This document shows positions 58,834 through 64,000 of a stretch of DNA of 64,000 nt, piece by piece. The stretch is from Candidatus Bipolaricaulota bacterium. GTDB taxonomy: Bacteria > Bipolaricaulota > Bipolaricaulia > UBA7950 > UBA9294. The stretch lies in NCBI GenBank assembly GCA_040752575.1, contig JBFMGK010000073.1, forward strand, positions 1 to 64,000. Reading direction: 5' to 3'. Below the pieces are notes generated by a model. The model worked only from the letters and a program-made list of their open reading frames with translations, searched no databases and was not told the origin of the DNA. The position numbers and the translations under genes are program-made. The stretch's first letter is position 1. Each line of letters starts with the position of its first letter.

Positions 58834-61320
58834 CTAGGCTTGCCGGTCAACATCCTCGGCAAGCGGGAACAGGTCAGGCAGGCTGTCGACCCCCACCCAA
58901 TCCTTCGAGATGTGGTGGGAGAACTCTGGATCTCCCTCTCGCTCAAGGTACCTAGCCCGGTAGTCCTTCATGTGCTTCAAGGCGTATGCCGCAGCAGGAA
59001 CAGCAATCCTCAGAGCCCGGAACCGGTACTTCTCCCAAGTCGTCGCAAAGGAGGGTGATGTGATGTCATGCCCATCGGCCCCGGGCAGCGGCACTTCATC
59101 CTCGTTACCCAGCAACTTGCGTAGCATCGACGGCTTCCCCGTTTCCCTCTCCGCAATCCCAAAAAGCAGGAACTGCCTGACAACTGCGTTCCTCGCGGGG
59201 GTTACTCGCCACAGTGGACTTGCCTGCATAGCAAAGTCCTCAAGTTTCTTCTTCAGGATTGGCTTCGTACTGGGGTCCGCCCAGAGCTGCTTCAGCCTAT
59301 CGTCAACGCTCTGCCCCAGCACTGAGTCGAACTGGCGCGCAACAGCCAAGCGCAGCCAGGCCGCCACATACTCAGGATCAAGCAGACCCCAGCTAAGGAA
59401 CGAGTCAAAGCCTACACTTCGCCTTCTCTTGCTGTCCGCTGGCAACTCCTCGTCCGGGACTCGGTGCTTGGCCCACTCGTCGACGACATAGTCCATGGTG
59501 GTCTTGCTCACGCAGGTCCCCAAATCCATCTTGAGTAGTTGCGTCCCGAGATCGACGGTGAATGGCTCGCGCGCCGCGTTCGTTGAGATGCGATTTCGCT
59601 CCTGCTGCAGCAGTGCAGCCACAATCCCAGTAGTGCGCTCGAATCTGGGCAGCATGTCTTCGCGCAGAGCCCGAACTGACTCATCCACAGCTGTGAGCAC
59701 AGTGGTCGCCAGGTCCTTCGCAGCCGCCTTGATCGTGCACTCCTGGTACGTGTCAAGGTGCTTCTTGCATTGCGTACTAAGCGTGGCTAGATAGGCCGCA
59801 CGCGTCCATGAGTGCAGAAACGGCTTCTTGTAGTCCGGTTCCGCACTCGGCTCTTCTCGCTTCGCCAGGGACAGCTCGGCAGCCTGAGCATCGAGCCCAC
59901 GGCCCAATTCCGCCAAGAATCGCATGGCGAAGCCAGCCCCCTTCTGCATGACCAGCCGCTCCGTCTCGCCGACTAGCGCATCCAGTTGCTCCACAACTAG
60001 CCGCGCCGCGTTCGCGCTGTTAGGGCCAATCCAGGAGTCTATTTCTCTGCCAAGCTTGCCCTTGGCATCCGCCATCCATGCGATATACGCCTCCGCGGAG
60101 TCAAGCTTCCCCTCCAGCACTTCGTGCTTCACCTGGCTCGTCAGTTTGCCAACCCCTTCTGCAAGCCCCGCAGCAGTGAGCTTCCGCGCCGCCAAGTAGT
60201 CCACTGCCTCAGATTCCGGCGTTCCGTCAGCCACAGCTGTCGATTCGGCCTCCAGGCTCCTCATCGCAAGTCCGTGAAGAAGTTCGTTTGCCGTCTCGAG
60301 AACTGCCAAGTCGACGGAGCGCTCAATCGGCACTTCGAGGGTCGACATGCCCGTGCTCATGTAGCGCGCCCGCTTTCCAGCCCAGTCGGAACGCTTCTCC
60401 GCAACCTCCTCAATCAGGTTCCTCCAGAAGGACCTGACTGCCTGCGTTTCGATGGTTAGGTGAAGAAACAATGCAGTAGCAGATACGTGTTGCAGCGTCT
60501 CTAGATCCTTCACCCTGAGTTCGCGATCGTTTATGTCATCAAGGAGGTATATAAAGTTGAAGGGCTTCCGCCCCGAGTGACTTCCACCCCACACGACTCG
60601 CACCCCAAGAGGGTACTCGACCGTGAACTCCTCCTTGCAGCCCATAAGGTAGTCGAGCTCCTTCAGGGCTGCATAGCCATTGCCCTCAACGCGTGAAGAC
60701 GAATTGGGTATCCGGGTATACGCCTTAGGCAGTAGGAAGAAGCCGACAATCCGGTTCCTCTCGGGCCCAAGCATGTCGCGGAGCATGTACCCCACATCTA
60801 GAAACATGCCAGATCCTGTCCCGCCTGCAAGCGAGCCAACAACGTAGACCTCAACTTGTGCGGCATCACGTGGGTCTGCATCATCTGCGGCCAGCCCTTC
60901 GTCCGGCTCGGTCTCCGCAGTTCGCAGCGCAACCAGAGCGTTATCGATGCGACGTTGTATCTCCTTAGCCTCGCTGAAGAAGGCGATACGCCCTGACACA
61001 CGACGAGCACCAGCCCCATCCTCCATGTCCTCGAAACTTAGCATCTCGTCAGGGAGTACCCAACTTGAGATCTCTGGGGTCCGGATAAACGGACGGATGT
61101 CCCGAAGATCAATACGGAAGAACTCCACCCTGTCAAGAGCAGCAATCGCTTTGTCGATTGCATTCACCTTCACCTGTCGATCTGTGTCAATCGCCAGGAG
61201 TCGGACTTGAGGCGGAACGCGGCCCTCATGAAGAAGGAACTGCCCCTTAATGTACTGTAGGACCTTCGTCCCCGTACCACCCAATCCAACCAACAGAGCT
61301 CGCCGCACGGTCACCGCCAT
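58834..61320 (-). CDS. Tubulin-like domain protein (Tubulin_2 / FtsZl1 family GTPase)
   Basis: LLVGLGGTG, LAIDTD, GAGARRVSGR, GSLAGGTGSGMFLDV, NGYAALKELD; long helical C-terminal region; SD AAGGAGG. Confidence 0.9.
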   Translation of the reverse strand: MAVTVRRALLVGLGGTGTKVLQYIKGQFLLHEGRVPPQVRLLAIDTDRQVKVNAIDKAIAALDRVEFFRIDLRDIRPFIRTPEISSWVLPDEMLSFEDMEDGAGARRVSGRIAFFSEAKEIQRRIDNALVALRTAETEPDEGLAADDADPRDAAQVEVYVVGSLAGGTGSGMFLDVGYMLRDMLGPERNRIVGFFLLPKAYTRIPNSSSRVEGNGYAALKELDYLMGCKEEFTVEYPLGVRVVWGGSHSGRKPFNFIYLLDDINDRELRVKDLETLQHVSATALFLHLTIETQAVRSFWRNLIEEVAEKRSDWAGKRARYMSTGMSTLEVPIERSVDLAVLETANELLHGLAMRSLEAESTAVADGTPESEAVDYLAARKLTAAGLAEGVGKLTSQVKHEVLEGKLDSAEAYIAWMADAKGKLGREIDSWIGPNSANAARLVVEQLDALVGETERLVMQKGAGFAMRFLAELGRGLDAQAAELSLAKREEPSAEPDYKKPFLHSWTRAAYLATLSTQCKKHLDTYQECTIKAAAKDLATTVLTAVDESVRALREDMLPRFERTTGIVAALLQQERNRISTNAAREPFTVDLGTQLLKMDLGTCVSKTTMDYVVDEWAKHRVPDEELPADSKRRRSVGFDSFLSWGLLDPEYVAAWLRLAVARQFDSVLGQSVDDRLKQLWADPSTKPILKKKLEDFAMQASPLWRVTPARNAVVRQFLLFGIAERETGKPSMLRKLLGNEDEVPLPGADGHDITSPSFATTWEKYRFRALRIAVPAAAYALKHMKDYRARYLEREGDPEFSHHISKDWVGVDSLPDLFPLAEDVDRQA

Positions 61321-61335
61321 GGCGCCTCCTTGCTA

Positions 61336-61393
61336 GGTCAACCTGCGCAGTTGACCGGTACATCATAGCGCATACTAGATAGGACACCCTATC
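61336..61393 (-). promoter_or_regulatory. Putative internal promoter of the tubulin-like gene flanked by two inverted repeats
   Basis: -10 TATGAT (61362-61367); GGTCAAC-N7-GTTGACC (61336-61356); GATAGG-N4-CCTATC (61378-61393). Confidence 0.45.
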
Positions 61394-61470
61394 ACAGAGC
61401 GAAGTCAGAGCCAAGTTGCGGCATTGCCACCCCGCTCTTTCGCATGGATCTGCATGCTTAACGGGCTATC

Positions 61471-61692
61471 CTAGCGCCTGGACATCCACCAACGAAGCAC
61501 AGAGTACGTTCCGACTACAGCTAGCAGGAACAGGCCGACAACCCAGTTCTGCAGCACATAGCCTACCACGGCAGACAGCAGTGCGGAGAGGAATGCCTTC
61601 AGGATGCGCCATAGAGGCGACGGAATGGTATCCCGAATGCGTTCCGCTAGTTCTTCCAGTGACTCAAGGAAGGAATTGAACGCTTGGCCCAT
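61471..61692 (-). CDS. Small two-TM membrane protein
   Basis: 73 aa: amphipathic N-terminal helix, two hydrophobic segments and a basic tail; same strand as the tubulin-like genes. Confidence 0.6.
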   Translation of the reverse strand: MGQAFNSFLESLEELAERIRDTIPSPLWRILKAFLSALLSAVVGYVLQNWVVGLFLLAVVGTYSVLRWWMSRR

Positions 61693-62001
61693 GTTCCGCC
61701 CTTAATGTCCTCTCCCCACCGTTCGTTGTGCTCTTGCATGCAGCATGCAACTCTCACCCGTCTACAAGCGACCCTCCCTAAGGACAGAGCCATCGCAGGT
61801 GCATGGTCCCGCCATATGTCACTGCCGTCCTTCCGCCAACGCGCAGACGTGAGCCAATGGCTTCCTCGACGATTAGCCCCTGACGGAATCGCTTAACGAC
61901 GACAGCGATCTGGGTCAGTTCTACACCGGCGATGACAGTCGGACCCCAGGTGAGTACCACGCTTCGCTCGGGGCCGAAGCAATTCACCTTCCGCGCAGCT
62001 G

Positions 62002-64000
62002 CTACGCCAACAGAGGCACAAGCCCAATAGCCACCATCGCACATACAACTAGCACCAGTACCGCCAGAATAACCCCTTTGTGCTCTGCTGCACCTATTCT
62101 GGCTAGCCCCCACGCAATGTCGCCTCTACTGAGTCCGACCGCAGCATAGACGAATGCTGCCAGGACAGTGGCGCTGTACAGCGCCAGCGCGATGAGACCA
62201 CACCATCTTGCGACAGCGGCAGTCAGCGGACTCCGGATTCTGAACAGCGCCGATTCGCTCGTCCACGCGTACTCGATGCCTGGGAAGACTGCCGTCAGCG
62301 AGTGCCGGTACGTGCCAGCGATCGCCGCGCGCTCGCTGGGCAGGCGCACAAGAACGGTCGCGCGACCTGACAAGACAAACTGGCCTGGACCTGCGTCCTC
62401 AGCTGTCTGGCTTTCTGCTTGCAGGAACTCCATGGGTTGGCCCTTCCCCCCGACCACAAGGAGGCGCCTGCCCATTGGCAACTGGAGGAACGCGTAGTTC
62501 GGCTCAAACTGGAGCCTGGCAATCACATCGCCGGGATTATGGAGTCCGGGCAGGAGTTTCGCTGTCACGGAAACTGCAGGAGCAGTCAGCCTGTAGGCGT
62601 ACGCTACTCTAAGTTCCCTCTCCCCATTTAGGAATTGGACAGGCTCCACTGGCAGGAGACGCAGCGTGCCGGTCTGCTCCCCCGGAGGCGCGTTGGCGGC
62701 GATCTCGAAGACGATGTAGCGTGGTCCGCAGGCCACGTTGCTCTTGTCGGACTCCACTAGCGTCAGTTCCGTGTGGTCGTATTCGATTTCAATGCACTTG
62801 GAACCTGCGACAAGCGCGGTGTCTGGCTCCAAACTGAGCTCCATGACCCTTTGGCCTTCGGCCACATCACCCAGATCGATGCGGGTGCCAGACGCCTGTC
62901 CAAGCGGCTTCTCGATGCTCACAAGGATCCCCGGTCTAGCGGTAGGTACTGATAGCGGCAGCATGATCGCGGTCCCCTGCTGGCCGCCGACCTTGAGTTG
63001 CACGGGCGTCGTGCTGCCTGGTGATCCTTGCCACTCGAGGATGAGAGTCGCACTCGCAATCGCCCCTTCCCACCTGGCCAGAGCCGCGCGCGGGATAGCA
63101 AGGACGACGGCCACAGATCGATCCGTGTCAAAGGGGCCCTCGATCGCTGATGGAAGCACTGAGACGTGTCCCAACTCCGGGGGCACGTCTTGGAGAGTCA
63201 GCGTGATCTTCCCGTCTAGCGACCTCGCATCTCTGCAGATGACATGGACCTGCGCATCACTCTCCACTTGGACGCTAGGAGCTGTCGAGCTCGGCACTGT
63301 CCATGGATTTGCGAACGACAGCCGACCTGGGTCGATCGCCACAACCAGCTGGGGCTGCTCCACTTCCACAGCGAAAGAGAACGGGATGTCGCAGGTCCGA
63401 ACAGGCACGCCTCCCGGAAGGACAACCCACGATCCCGGAGCCGCTTCCACATGAATGACCCCATGGCACTCCTCGCGATAGACCCCGGTCTCCAGAGCCG
63501 GAGCAACCAGCCAGGCTTCGCAGGAGTCTGTCACTATGTACACTCCCGACCGAATGTCCTGAGGTGAATGCACGTTAGCTGCATCAGCTAGCATAGGGGT
63601 TGTAGGATAGCATTGGTCCAGCTTCACTTGGAGGGCGCCAACTGCCCCCACCGATGTTATGTCAGGATAATGCACATCGAGTGCGACTGCGCTGCCGCCA
63701 GGCAGCACGGGTCCCTGCCTTAGCTGCCTAAGCTCTACCATGATCGCGCGTGGCAGATAGGCGAGATCGATGCCGAGACGCATACACGAGTGAATCTCAC
63801 CTGACTGCCTGAAGAAGACAGCGCCCGATGCATTAGCGCCCTGAACAATGACAGTTGCATCAGTGGGATCAGTGTTCAATGCTGCACTTTGCGCTTCCAC
63901 TAGAGCATAGGGAGACACGTCCAGAGCCAGTTCTAGCCTGCCGTCGGCACCGTCCACATATGCTGCCTTCTGGAGCCGGATGGCGATTCCGCTGCCTGCC
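62002..64000 (-). CDS. Large beta-rich (Ig-like) protein with C-terminal TM hairpin; 5' end outside the window
   Basis: The frame is open to base 64000. Pro/Val/Gly-rich beta-strand modules are followed by two C-terminal hydrophobic helices. Confidence 0.7.
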   Translation of the reverse strand, partial: AGSGIAIRLQKAAYVDGADGRLELALDVSPYALVEAQSAALNTDPTDATVIVQGANASGAVFFRQSGEIHSCMRLGIDLAYLPRAIMVELRQLRQGPVLPGGSAVALDVHYPDITSVGAVGALQVKLDQCYPTTPMLADAANVHSPQDIRSGVYIVTDSCEAWLVAPALETGVYREECHGVIHVEAAPGSWVVLPGGVPVRTCDIPFSFAVEVEQPQLVVAIDPGRLSFANPWTVPSSTAPSVQVESDAQVHVICRDARSLDGKITLTLQDVPPELGHVSVLPSAIEGPFDTDRSVAVVLAIPRAALARWEGAIASATLILEWQGSPGSTTPVQLKVGGQQGTAIMLPLSVPTARPGILVSIEKPLGQASGTRIDLGDVAEGQRVMELSLEPDTALVAGSKCIEIEYDHTELTLVESDKSNVACGPRYIVFEIAANAPPGEQTGTLRLLPVEPVQFLNGERELRVAYAYRLTAPAVSVTAKLLPGLHNPGDVIARLQFEPNYAFLQLPMGRRLLVVGGKGQPMEFLQAESQTAEDAGPGQFVLSGRATVLVRLPSERAAIAGTYRHSLTAVFPGIEYAWTSESALFRIRSPLTAAVARWCGLIALALYSATVLAAFVYAAVGLSRGDIAWGLARIGAAEHKGVILAVLVLVVCAMVAIGLVPLLA

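Noticed and set aside
58834..61320. Calling the tubulin-like gene ftsZ or a plasmid/phage tubZ
   Set aside because: It is far longer than FtsZ with Tubulin_2-type motifs, and no dcw, tubR or replication genes are nearby.
1..64000. tRNA, rRNA, tmRNA genes or prophage
   Set aside because: No cloverleaf/T-loop-CCA pattern, rRNA signature or phage structural gene was recognised by eye; a covariance-model scan was not possible.

Overview
GC-rich bacterial chromosome window, probably from an anaerobe given NfnAB; the lineage cannot be fixed from sequence alone. Bases 1-~32 kb are mostly housekeeping: nfnAB, dinB, fsa/tal, lpdA, a yhbD-like regulator with a bactofilin-like gene, pckA, a long minus-strand run (nadK, pdxS-pdxT-gap-comF-MBL-dnaG-rpoD-miaA-nnr-tatD), three ABC systems and an ATP-type phosphofructokinase. 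Bases ~32-54 kb hold accessory metabolic and envelope genes: a frameshifted Nudix pseudogene, a secreted GH31, a wing-type amino-acid decarboxylase with a long structured leader, five GNATs, DUF885 and a double beta-propeller. From ~54 kb to the end lies an island-like region. It contains two type II toxin-antitoxin pairs and a RAYT/TnpA(Y1) transposase broken by a ~78-bp double-hairpin insert. It also contains a compositionally distinct gene cluster: an intact FtsZ/tubulin-like GTPase (Tubulin_2/FtsZl1 type), a full-length membrane-anchored paralogue with a degenerate GTP site, a small membrane protein and a large beta-rich membrane-anchored protein running off the window. This tubulin-like cluster is the best candidate for a poorly characterised membrane-remodelling or conflict system. 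At least ten genes have a -10 box 6-9 nt upstream of the start codon, suggesting widespread leaderless mRNAs. Many starts were re-assigned by eye from the ORF track, and all family assignments come from motif recognition, not database searches.
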